A stretch of 64,000 bases of DNA from Octopus sinensis (taxonomy: Eukaryota). This document shows positions 52,398 to 64,000 of the stretch, piece by piece. The notes beneath the pieces were generated by a model. That model was not told the origin of the DNA. It saw only the letters and a program-made list of their open reading frames with translations, and ran no database searches. The position numbers were made by a program, and so were the translations under genes. How positions within the stretch are numbered: the first letter of the stretch is position 1; each line of letters begins with the position of its first letter. The DNA lies in assembly GCF_006345805.1 (NCBI RefSeq), contig NC_043010.1, forward strand, positions 24,862,001 to 24,926,000, in the 5' to 3' direction.

Positions 52398-55093
52398 GTT
52401 TCTTTATTGGCCACACAGGACTGCACACAGATGGGACAAGTTACAAGGTAGAGCTTTTCTTTTGGGAGAGAAAAAAAAGGTGGCGTAGGTTTTCGATCAA
52501 AAGGGATCGTAAAAGGGAAAAAAGAACAAAAAAAAAGAAAAAAAGGAAAAAAAGGGAAAAGGAAAAAAGGAAAAGAAAAAAAGAAAAAAGGGAAAAAAAG
52601 AAAAGAAAAAATGAAAAGAGAAGAAAAAAGAGGAAAAAGGGGAGAGGGAAAAAAACGATCAATAGGGATCGTGTATCACAGTGTCGTGATGTATGGTGTA
52701 AAGGGGAAAGCAAGTAAGGTTTATCCGTGGGAAGAAAAGCCTACGAAAAAGACCACGGTAACCTTGGTCAATATTGTTATATGTTACCACATTTGTTTGC
52801 AAGTGGGTAACCCTCTGTTTTCAATTTCTGGGTTCATAGGATTATGCTCAAGGTGGCTTCGTCATTCATACGTGCCATCCTTGCTACATTCACCCATCTT
52901 TTTTTTAAAACGTTCGCTAGACAAAACTTGCCTCTCTACTCTCACTTTCCGTTTCAAATGGTACTTGAAGAAGTTGATGAGAGGTTGACCAGAGAGGAAA
53001 GTGTTTGTCTCCAATCCTTTCAGACGCGTCCACCAGATACATTCTTTCCTCATAGCCACAAGGATGATGAAAATAGCTCTTCCTTCCCGTTTGAAGGAAG
53101 GAGGCGTGACAATATTGACGATAGACTCGGCTGATAAACCGACTCGTCCCACACGTGACAGCAGTTGTTCGACATAAGCCCACAGGTCGGAAATTGTTGG
53201 ACACTGCACGAGTGCGTGCAGAACGGTTTCGTCGCTCTGACCGTATCTCGGGCAGGTCGGCCCCGTGTTTCTCGAGCCGTGTCTGTAGAGCTTATCCCGA
53301 ACGGGTAGCGCTTCTCGGTAGCACTGCCAGGCCAGGGATCTCTGGAAGTTGTCCATGGGCCCTGACCCGAAAGTCGTCCCGAACAGGCGGGTCAGGTATT
53401 CCTCGTCGACGTCCAGGTTCGTCCCGAGCTCGACGTCGTACCTCCCCTCCACTAATCCCCTATAGAATGCTTTGGTTGTGATGGAGCCACTCAAGGTTGA
53501 CCCAGGACGGCAGAGTTGCTTGAGAGCAACGCGACACTCGCGGTGCCATTCGCCAGCGACCACACCTGTTCATCGTCGTCTACGAAGAGCCTGAGATGTT
53601 GCAGTCCCAGCGCGTGTCTGCGCATCATCAACCACGGCATCCTCCTTTTAACGGGTGTTGACAGCAAATGGATCGCCTGACCATCGGGGCGCATCCTTTC
53701 CACAAGAAGCGAAAGAGAATGCGTTCTAGTTTGGTGATGGTAGGGTCGGGACAAGGCACGACGGTCAGGCGGTAGTAGATGACAGACGCGATGTACGTGT
53801 TCGCCACCTCCGCCCGACCTTTTAGGGACAGTTTCCTCTCGGCCCATTGCCGGGCGAGAGTGACCACCCTACTCGTTATCTCGTTCCAGTTCTTCTCCAT
53901 TTGGACGTCCGGACCGAACCAGACCCCGAGCAACTCGACCGGACGTCGGTCCAGCGTCCCACAACGGAGGCGCTGGTGGACGGCATCGGCTTGCTTCTCC
54001 AGGTGCCTAGTCGCAAGCCCACTGACTTTTCCCGGTTGATTTTTGCTCCTGTCACCGCTTCGTAGTTTTTCAGTGTCTCGCTGACCTGCTCGATGTGCTC
54101 GTGGCTAGACAATATGACGGTGACGTCGTCCGCGTATGCAGACACGCTCGTTCCGCATCCCAGTTCTCACTGGATGCCCCTCAGAGTGGCCAGCTTCCAC
54201 AATAGTGGCTCGAGAGTCAATACGTATAGAAGCGACGAGAGGGGGCATCCCTGACGAACCGAACGTGCGATGTCGAAAGGTCTCGATAGATGTCCATTTA
54301 CGCGAATTACCGAACGGATGCCTCTGTACAAAGCGGCTATCCAACCGCGGAAGACGGGACCGAAGCCAGCCGCTCTGAGGACTGTCTCCAGGTATCGATG
54401 GTCTACCCTATCGAAAGCTTTCGATTGATCTAAATTGATCAGCGCCCCACCCATGCCAGGTTCGTTAACTACCCTGTCTATGATGTAGCGCATCAGGTGG
54501 AGGTTGTCATGGATGGTCCGGCCCGGCACGGCGCACGTTTGCGCCTTGTCGACCAGTTTCTCGATGACAAGCGCCAACCTCTTGGCTAACACCTTGGCCA
54601 AAATTTTCAAGTCTGCATTAAGCAGAGTGATGGGCCTAAAGTTATCTATTACATTTCCCTTGTTTAGATCTTTCTTCTGCAGTGTTACGGCTCCTCGGCT
54701 CACAAAACCAGGAATGCTCCCGTTTTGCTGCCAGTTGCCGTACGCCGCTGCCAAGACGTCTCCAAACAAGTCTGGCATACAACTGTAAAGCTCGTAGGGT
54801 AGACCATCCAACCGGCGATTTGTCCCTCGAGCATTCTGCCATCGCGTCCTGCACGTCCGCCGCCGTGATGGCACCTTCGCAGCACCCTGCCTCTCTTGTC
54901 GAGAGTCGTGGTAGGCTGTGTAGGTAGGCACTGAAGTCCACCCTACGTTCTTGCCCGCCACTCGTCCCGAACAGTCGGGCAAAATGCTGTTGAAAGGCCT
55001 CACACATTTTACTTGGCTCGATCAATTCTCGCCCCTGTTCATCTACCACAGACCGAATGGTGGCTTTGTTGCTCTGTTGCGCCTCTGCCACCC
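52396..55093 (-). mobile_element. 5'-truncated Tx1-clade LINE (RT + 3' UTR), frameshifted
   Basis: RT ORFs 55003-54167, 54145-53876, 53933-53628 and 53563-52862 are homologous to the 3292-5610 RT. Both ends abut (GATA)n. Confidence 0.93.
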
Positions 55094-55094
55094 G

Positions 55095-55225
<131 letters not shown>

Positions 55226-55244
55226 AACATACATACATACATAC

Positions 55245-55570
55245 AGACAGACCTGATATAATGATTTGCAATAGAGAAGAGAAACTGTGCACGGTTGTGG
55301 AAATTAGCTGCTCAACGGATGTTAACATAAAGCTGAAGATCGGTGAAAAAGAGAACACCTATGCTGAACTATTGAGAAATCAGCAGTTACCCTATCCAGG
55401 TTACAAGTTCAGGTTTATACCTGTAATTATTGGGGCGCTGGGATATGCAACACACTGCCTAAATACCAATCTTGAGAAATTAGGCTTCCAAAACCAGAAA
55501 GGAGAAAGCTAATTCAATCCATCACTGTAACTGTAAAAATCTATAAAACTTTCCAGAAGTCTAGCATTTA
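55245..55570 (+). mobile_element. RLE-domain LINE 3' fragment (different family)
   Basis: [21 protein letters not shown]...K.GEKENTY...FIPVIIGALG, immediately after (GATA)n. Confidence 0.75.
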
Positions 55571-55962
55571 AATACGAGCATGTCTACATATGGAACTATG
55601 CATGAGAATACATACACAAGGTAACACATACAAATCTACACTTATATATATACAAAAACATCCTGTTGTTGCTGTTGAAATTCCAATAGAAAGCGGCTCT
55701 TTCTCTATTGGCAAGAAATTTTGAAATAAAACTGGACAATGACATACATTTGTGTGTGTGTGTGTGGTGTGTGTGTGTGTGTGTTTATTTCGTGTTATTT
55801 CGTGTATTTCGTGTGTGTGTATTTTGTGTATTTCGGACTCAAGTGAAGAGAACCACCCCAAATCCTTGTTATGATATCCGATGTTGGCACTGACTTGGTT
55901 CTACAGGACATAAGAGTCGTATAATGTGTAACAATAAAATCAAATCAAATAATGTTATTTTG

Positions 55963-56140
55963 AATGCATTTGGTTACGTACGTTTCTGATCACTGCATAA
56001 TAGATAAAAAGGAAATTCATCTCTAACGCAAGACATTTCAAAATATTTTGAAACATTTTCTGTGGACGATCTTGCGTAAGAAATGAATTTCCATTTTTAT
56101 CTATTGCGTAATGATTTGAAACGTACGTATTAAATGCATT
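55963..56140. mobile_element. MITE-like hairpin with ~70-bp arms
   Basis: AATGCATT..TACGTACGTTTC...ACGCAAGA versus TCTTGCGT...GAAACGTACGTA..AATGCATT. Confidence 0.75.
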
Positions 56141-56393
56141 AAAAATATCATTACCTGGTTTGACTTCAATATGATAAATATTGCTGACATCATAAGAATT
56201 TATAAACGAGCTTTTTAACAACAGTCATGCCTGCACCTATATAAAAGGCAAAGTTTAAATCGGTGCCATTTAAACTTCGAATGTAAAGAGTCAGAACAAC
56301 AACGGCAAAGCTTTTTTCCGGCGCTTTAACGATTCTGCCACTCTATCCCCTGCGTGGAAATCGAACATTGATGATGATGATGATGATGATGAT

Positions 56394-56435
<42 letters not shown>

Positions 56436-57047
56436 CAGATAGATAGATAGATAAATAGATAGATAGATATGTATTTGTAGACTGTTAGTATATATATATA
56501 CATATACACACACACACATACACGCAAAACCGTGTGTCCATGAACCACAATAGCGAAGCTCACTACGGACCTTCACAACAAAAAAAATTTGCATGACAAA
56601 ACAACGTTGCATACCATTTTGAGCGATACCTAGAAAATTCCATTCTCCCTTAAAAGGGTCAATAGAATGAAGGTCAACGTAGGGTCATCTACAATAATGT
56701 ACAACCCGAGAAAATTTCAGATAAATCACACAAAATTCTAATCCCTGTTTTTCCCCTTTTTGCGCTTCCCACACAATCGTACAATATCATTTGACATGTG
56801 TACAATATTTTCCTGCAAAGCCGGTTTTCGGCGTCACAGGACCAGTGTCACCCGACCAGTAACACATGAGCAGAACATTTTTTTTATTTTTACATACGTG
56901 TATATGCGTGTGTGCATATACATATGTATGTGTGTGTGCGCGCGCGCGTGTGTGCGCGCGTGTGTGTGTGTGTGTATAGATTGTTTGAAGTGATTTACTG
57001 AGTTTATATATATAAATATTTATTGTTTATATATGAGAAAAAGAAAA

Positions 57048-57716
57048 CGGAGAAATTGAGATATAGAAATCGGTTTATAAGAACATCCTCAATTCCAAAC
57101 AAAAGCAAACTCTTAGCACCTACAATTGTTTCCATGCCCAATATGAGAAATTAAATTAAATTAAAGAAGTGATATTAAATTCTCAAACGCAGGATAATGT
57201 TAATAATGTAGCCTGAATGCTAATAATATAGCCGGCCGCCAACACTTTTTTCTGCAAAATAAGGGTAGCTTATCCTGTTCAGGCTATATTATTAGCATTA
57301 TCCTGCATTTGAGAATTTAAAATCACTTCTTTAACTTTCAAAGACATCTCAATGCTTCTAAAGCAAACTTCGTTTATTTGTTTACTTTCATCGTAATTTG
57401 AATTTAAATTAAATTAATTTAAAGTTTCATATTGAATATAGCTAATTGGATATTTCGTAAAGGAAAGAATTTGATAGAAAGGAGCTACATTCCTACGCGG
57501 TGGTAGATCCTTAATAGACTCAGATATGTGCGTTTTTGCATCAAATTCTTACCCTGACGAAATGTCCAATTACCTATATTCAATATGAAACTTTAATTTT
57601 ATTTAATTTCTCAAATTGAATTAATTGGGCATGGAAACAATTGTAGGTTCTAAGAATTTGCATTTGTTTGGAATTAAATATGTTCTAATAAATTTGCCTG
57701 TATCTCAGTTTCTCCG
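57048..57716. repeat. Nested inverted-repeat complex
   Basis: Outer arms 57048-57166 and 57590-57716 enclose two TTAA-bounded hairpins, 57160-57335 and 57419-57597. Confidence 0.85.
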
Positions 57717-58052
57717 GGGTTTTTTTCATGCAAATACAATATTATACCCATATCTCATCAATACGAAGCCAACATCTTTGGTTTTTTCCTGATACACTGG
57801 ATAAAACCAAGGAATTTGGATGCAGATATCCCTTTAAGAAGGTTTTAGATCCTTCATTTAATTACACATATTCTTCTGTTCTTTTACTTGTTTCAGTCAT
57901 TTGACTGTGGCCATGCTGGAGCACCGCCTTTAGTCGAGCAAATCGACCCCAGAACTTATTCTTTGTAAACCTAGTACTTATTCTTCGGTTTCGTTTGCCG
58001 AGCCGCTAAGTTACGCACCAGCATCGGTTGTCAAGCGATGTTGGGGGGACCA

Positions 58053-58720
58053 AACACAAACACACCGTCAACCCTCCTCCATAAGGCCACCCACCCAACA
58101 CATTCCGACCCAACCTTCCCTATTCTTCCCATCCCACCCCATCCTATCCCTTACATCCTCTCCCACATACCCCACCTCTACCCCCACCTTCTGCCTACAC
58201 ACATACCCCACCTCTACCGCCACCCTCTGCCTACACTCATACCCCAGATCTACCCTAACACTCCGCCTAACCCACACCCCACCTATGCTTTCCCCACTCC
58301 CACCTCTCAACACCATCACACCATACCACACAACACATCACATCACAACACAACACCACGCACACACTAGCACTGACCAATTCCTATCCCCACAATTTCA
58401 CACCTACACATACACACACGCACACGTCAAGATCGCCAGCCCTCTTTCAAACGCACATACGTACTCTCTCACACACGCGCTCACCTTCGTATTGGGATCA
58501 CTACTACTTTGTTATCTCCCCTACTTCTTAGCTCTCCTGTGTGACCCTTCTGTCCGCATTCCCCATGATAGATCGGTAACCACTACACACATTTTTTTCT
58601 CTCCTTGTTTCTTTCTGTGTTCCTTTCTGTAGAAGAGCGTAGGCTCGAAACATTAAATATTTTTCAATTCCCAGCGTTAAACTAATACATCTGTTTGTTT
58701 TCTACACCACTGTCTTCGTC
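58053..58720 (+). mobile_element. Penelope-like 3' terminal fragment with decayed hammerhead
   Basis: Ends CCTTT-CTGTAGA-A-GAGC-GTAG-GCTC-GAAACATTAAA (58622-58657), a mutated relative of the 47853 motif. It appears nested within a SINE whose halves lie at 57882-58052 and 59018-59180. Confidence 0.55.
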
Positions 58721-58725
58721 TTTTA

Positions 58726-58781
<56 letters not shown>

Positions 58782-58785
<4 letters not shown>

Positions 58786-58889
58786 GAGGGCATTATTACA
58801 CATAATGCCGCACGCTAGGAGGGACTCTTAAAGTCAAAACTACCAAAACTCCTAGCGTGCGGCATTTATGTGTAATAATGCCCTCTATA
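58782..58889. mobile_element. Young TA-flanked MITE with ~40-bp near-perfect TIRs
   Basis: TATAGAGGGCATTATTACACATAATGCCGCACGCTAGGAG / CTCCTAGCGTGCGGCATTTATGTGTAATAATGCCCTCTATA, differing by one indel. Confidence 0.85.
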
Positions 58890-59198
58890 TAATATAAATA
58901 AATATATTCAAGTGGAAAAAAATTACTGATTTTTTCTCTTATGAGGTTTTTCACGCTAACTACTTGATAATTTCTTATGAAGATTTTATCCTATTTTTAA
59001 ATTATATATATATACATATATACGACGGGCTTCTTTCAGTTTCCGTCTACCAACTCCACTCACAAGGCTTTGGTCGGCCCGAGGCTATAATAGAAGATGC
59101 TTGCCCAAGGTGCCACGCAGTGGGACTGAACCCGGAACCATGTGGTTGGTAAGCAAGTGACTTACCACACAGCCACTCCTATGGCTAAACTGTGAGAC

Positions 59199-59312
59199 GC
59201 TTACAGCACCTCGGTTTCCCAAGTGGTCACCCATCTAAGTACTAACCAGGCTCGACGTTGCTTAACTTCGGTGATCGGATGAGAACCGGTGCTTTCAACG
59301 TGATGTGGCCGT
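59199..59312 (-). pseudogene. 5S rRNA-derived copy (near full length)
   Basis: Minus strand reads ACGGCCACATCACGTTGAAAGCACCGGTTCTCATCCGATCACCGAAGTTAAGCAACGTCGAGCCTGGTTAGTACTTAGATGGGTGACCACTTGGGAAACCGAGGTGCTGTAAGC. Box A and box C are recognisable. The first ~4 nt appear lost, the copy is solitary, and there is no T4 terminator directly downstream. Confidence 0.9.
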
Positions 59313-59406
59313 GATATATATTGTCAGTAGTTTATATATCCGAAGAAAACAACACCCTCTAAAGCATTAGAGCATTCATATATTCCTTAAGAAGTTAAAA
59401 GTTATT

Positions 59407-59551
59407 GCCGGACAGAGAGTGACCATTGGTTTCGCACCTGTAAAGCGCTTGACAGTATTGGTGACTCGCCAGATTCAGTTGTAGAGAGGTTATGCACCTT
59501 CGGCCATTATCGCTTTATAGGTGCGAAACCAATGAGCACTCTATGACCGGC
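59407..59551. mobile_element. MITE-like hairpin with ~41-bp arms
   Basis: GCCGGACAGAGAGTGACCATTGGTTTCGCACCTGTAAAGCG / CGCTTTATAGGTGCGAAACCAATGAGCACTCTATGACCGGC. Confidence 0.75.
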
Positions 59552-59961
59552 CATATCTAAGTTCCTAAAACATATACATACATATATATGTGCATGTATG
59601 TATGTATGTATGTATATGTATGTATGTATGTATGTATTTATGTATAATGTAGGTATTTATTTATACGCATAAATATATTTGAATGTGTGTGTGTGGGTGG
59701 GTGTGTGTGTGCGTGTGTGTGTGTGTGTGAGTGTGTGTGTGTGTTTGTGTGTGTGTGTGGACCAGGCGATACGTTGTGTTCTTGAGCAAAACACTCCATT
59801 TCACGTTGCTTCAGTCCACTGAGCTAGCAAAAATGAGTCAATCTTGCGACGGACCGCCGTTCCGTCCAGGGTAGGGTATATACACGCCATGGAAACTGGG
59901 AAACAGGCCCTCATGTGCCTGGCCTGGCTCGAGAAGTAATCATAAAATATATATATCTAAA

Positions 59962-60422
59962 TACAGTAAACCCTTGACTATCGCGGATATTACGTTCCAA
60001 AACCTCCCATGATAGGTGAAAATCCGCGAAGTAGATACAGTACTGTATTTTATAATTATTATTTTTTTATAATTTGTATATATTTATTTTATCATAAATG
60101 CAAAACAACACCACACACTCGCCTCCCGAGTTTCGTTTTCCATACAGTATGCGCGATTCTTACGGTACACTACGTATTTTCTGTTAATATATTCTAATTA
60201 ATGTGTTATACAGTGCAGTACTGTATCTTTATTTATTAATTCATAGGCGTGAAAATGCTTATTTTACCACAGGAATAATTAAAATCCCCAAAAATATAAA
60301 TACCTTACGGCCGCAGAAACCCGTGATATACTGAGGGGTCCGAGATATAAATTTATATATATTAGCCAGAAAAGTCAGCGATGTACTGAAGACGCGATTG
60401 GTAAACCGCGATATGGCGAGTG

Positions 60423-60430
<8 letters not shown>
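59962..60430. mobile_element. pogo/Tigger-like non-autonomous element
   Basis: TIR CAGTA...TATCGCGG / CCGCGATA...TACTG. A second truncated copy lies at ~15241-15538. Confidence 0.75.
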
Positions 60431-60504
<74 letters not shown>

Positions 60505-61213
60505 TGTGTGTGTGTTACTCTCATGTTTAACATAACTATATCTTTTGATTTCCCATACATCTTTACATGAATAATTCACATCCAAATTTCACACGAATCA
60601 TATACATATGTATGTATGTATGTTCTGAAGCTGTGACTAAGCAACAACAAAACCAACGACAGGTATAGCTGTGACACTAAAGATCATTATAATATTTTCT
60701 TTATGATCCCAACACGAGACAAAAAGAAGAAAACCACAAGAGTAGACCATATAATACAATATAATAGACTACAATAATATGCAATAAAAAGGAAAACAAT
60801 ACACCAAGATATTTTTAAAAAATAGAATATAAAAGATTACCATAAAATATGGGTGGAAAACTACGGTGGGGCATATACATAAATCTGTGTGTATATAGGG
60901 GTCGGTAGATATAAATTTATATATATATAATATATATATATATATTTATATTTATATATATATATATATGTGTGTGTGTGTGGTGTGTGTGTGTGTGTGT
61001 GGTGTGTGTGTGTGTGTGTGTGCGTGTGTATGTATGTTTGTATGTATATGTATCGAGTGGCTGTGTGGTAAGTAACTTGCTTACCAACCACATGGTTCCG
61101 GGTTCAGTCTCACTGCGTGGCACCTTGGGCAAGTGTGTCTTCTACTATAGTCTCGAGCCGACCAAAGCCTTGTGAGTGGATTTGGTAGATGGAAACAAAG
61201 AAGCACATCATAT

Positions 61214-61264
<51 letters not shown>

Positions 61265-61284
61265 CGAGTGGCTGTGTGAGTAAG

Positions 61285-61319
<35 letters not shown>

Positions 61320-61544
61320 TATATTATATATATATATATATATATATTCTTTTTACTTATTTCAGTCATTTGACTGTCCCATGCTGAGCACCCCTTTAGT
61401 CGAGCAAATCAACCCCGGGGGCTTATTCTTTGTAAGCCTAGTACTTATTGTATCGGTCCTTTGCCGAACCGATAGTTTACGGGACTACGTAACACAACCA
61501 GCATCGGCTGTCAAGCGATTGTGGGGACAAACACACACAACCAA

Positions 61545-61575
<31 letters not shown>

Positions 61576-61617
61576 TACTATATATATATAATATATATAT
61601 ACATATATATATAATAT

Positions 61618-61700
<83 letters not shown>

Positions 61701-62317
61701 GGTGTGTGTGTGTGTGTGTGTGTGGTGTGTGTGTGTGTGTGGTGTGTAAATGTAATATGTGACAATTATTCGGCAGCCAGATAAAACTCTGGATTTCGGA
61801 TGCCGAGTAGAAATCCACACTACCATCTCTTTCAGCTATCCGACCATCGGAAAAACGGTATGAAAAAAATTTTTCATAGCGTTTTTCCGAAACCCAGAGT
61901 TTTATCTTGGCTACCGAATAATTGTCATATATTACATTTACAGATAAATTCCTCTATTTACATAATATTGAGGTCTTTTTCTTTCTTCTTCTGTTATCTT
62001 ACCGATTTTTACCAATACATATATATATATATATAATATATATATAATATAATATATATATATATATATGTATGTGTGTATGTATGTATGTTGTATGTAT
62101 GTATGTATGTATGTATGTATGTATGTATGCATATATACGAGGGACGTCTTTCATTTTCCGTCTACCAAATCCATTCACGAGGTTTTGGTCGGCCCGAAAC
62201 TATAGTAGAAGACACTTGCCCAGGTGTCATGCCGTGGAACTGAACCCGGAACAATGTGGTTGGTTAGCAAGCTACTTACCACACATCAACTCCTGTGCCT
62301 ATACCCACTCCTGTATA

Positions 62318-62361
<44 letters not shown>

Positions 62362-62365
62362 AGAT

Positions 62366-62411
<46 letters not shown>

Positions 62412-62455
62412 TATTATATATAATATATATATACACATACATTGATAGAAACAGA

Positions 62456-62491
<36 letters not shown>

Positions 62492-63317
62492 ACACACATA
62501 TATATATATATATATATCTTTGCCTTTTATTTTTACTTGTTTCAGTTATTGGACCGTGGCCATACTGGAGCATCACCTTAATGGGTATTGTGGAGACGAA
62601 GCAGAGTGGTAGATAAAAAGGTATACCGCTAGTTTTTTAAGTGTTATAATTTAGAATCATTTATTAAATGTTATATCACCATTCTCTTACTTTCTTTTGA
62701 ATGATTATAAACTATGATTTGTAGATAACCCTATTGTTCTATGAATATTATAATTCACAACAAATATTAGGTATTGAGCCAGTAATTCCTTGGATAATAC
62801 CATCCCTTAATGAGGATAATTTAACCTCTAATTGAATATACATATATACATAAACACACGTTCATAAACACACGCACCACCCGGTCTGAGATTCAAACCC
62901 GCGATCCCGCCACCGCGAGTCCGCTGCTCTAACCATTAGGCCATGTTCCTCCACGGGACAACTAATCAGTTCCTTTAATAAGCTTCTCATGCCTTGGTTT
63001 TGCTTTCCACTTTTTTAAAATTATACCTTCCGACCCGGAGGCAAGCAACGGATCCCCGGTTCTCTCCTTACTGGACAGTGACTACCACAGCTCCAGCCGC
63101 TGTGTAAACTTGTATCCTAGTAGCTTATCAGTTGGAGCACTCAGACCGCATACCTATAAGAGGTGTATCCTCTATATATATATATATATATAATATATAT
63201 ATATTATATATATATAGATATATATATATATATATATATTATATATAGATATATATATATATATAATACATACATACATACTACATAAATACATACATAC
63301 ATACATACATACATACA

Positions 63318-63349
<32 letters not shown>

Positions 63350-63786
63350 CAAATAAGCTGATAATTCATTTCTATATATAGATGCACACACGCAAACACA
63401 TACGTACGTACATACCAACACGCATTTGCACACACACACACGTATGTACACTGAGACATACGAGAGCACTTCTTATTCAGGACCTGTAACCGGAAGGATT
63501 CATGGCAGTATACGCATGATTAAACATTTGAGTTCCGTGATTCGGCCTCAAAACCCCCAATGAGTATTTTAAGAGAGACGATATCCTAGTGGAGAATTTT
63601 TACAATAAATCGCACCGTGTTTTTCATTGTTTTATTTGTTGTTGCGTTTGTGGTGCAGGCGGCGGTGGCGGCTGTTGTTTTTGTTGTTGTTGATGATGAT
63701 GTTTATGATGATGATAATGCTGTTGTTATCACTTTAGATAATGTCAGAGAACTATTTTTACTTCTTTCTAAGCAACGTTAAACGCA

Positions 63787-63818
<32 letters not shown>

Positions 63819-64000
63819 AATACAAGCCCCATATTCTAAGCATGGCGTATAACAACGAGGATTGTGTTTTTAAGAGGTGTGAGTCGTTCAGAGGAAGAGC
63901 GTCAAAGGTAGATACAACCTGTAGAACACTCCCACAAACATTCACACACACACACACAGTCACAAACATTTACGTCACACATGTACTTACATAAATCTAT

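Overview
Eukaryotic, AT-rich, microsatellite-saturated genomic DNA. The tRNA-head SINE families and LINE mix look like an Octopus/coleoid cephalopod genome (species is inference). Most of the ORF track is microsatellite or transposon noise. One host gene can be reconstructed on the + strand from three phase-compatible exons: 16193-16321, 25106-25394 and 41633-46017, giving 4803 nt or 1600 aa. The protein has a signal-peptide-like N-terminus and an AA15-type lytic polysaccharide monooxygenase (LPMO)-like domain that appears to have lost its copper histidine brace. It then has three 6-Cys WCxxNCxxGxCPxxHCxC modules, a ~1170-aa (PTTT)n mucin stalk and a short basic tail with an RKRR site. A possible extra LPMO-like exon at 28284-28390 sits in an unexpected position, next to signs of local rearrangement. 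The rest of the window is mobile DNA: (1) three Tx1-clade LINEs, each embedded in a microsatellite, (GATA)n twice and (TAA)n once; (2) several R4/Dong-type RLE LINEs in (TAA)n; (3) CR1 and RTE fragments; (4) Penelope-like remnants whose termini carry recognisable type I hammerhead ribozyme folds; (5) Tc1/mariner relics, many MITE-like hairpins and an ~870-bp palindrome; (6) a tandem SINE array sharing its 3' tail with the Tx1 LINEs; (7) a 5S rRNA-derived copy. All calls come from reading the sequence by eye; no database searches were run.
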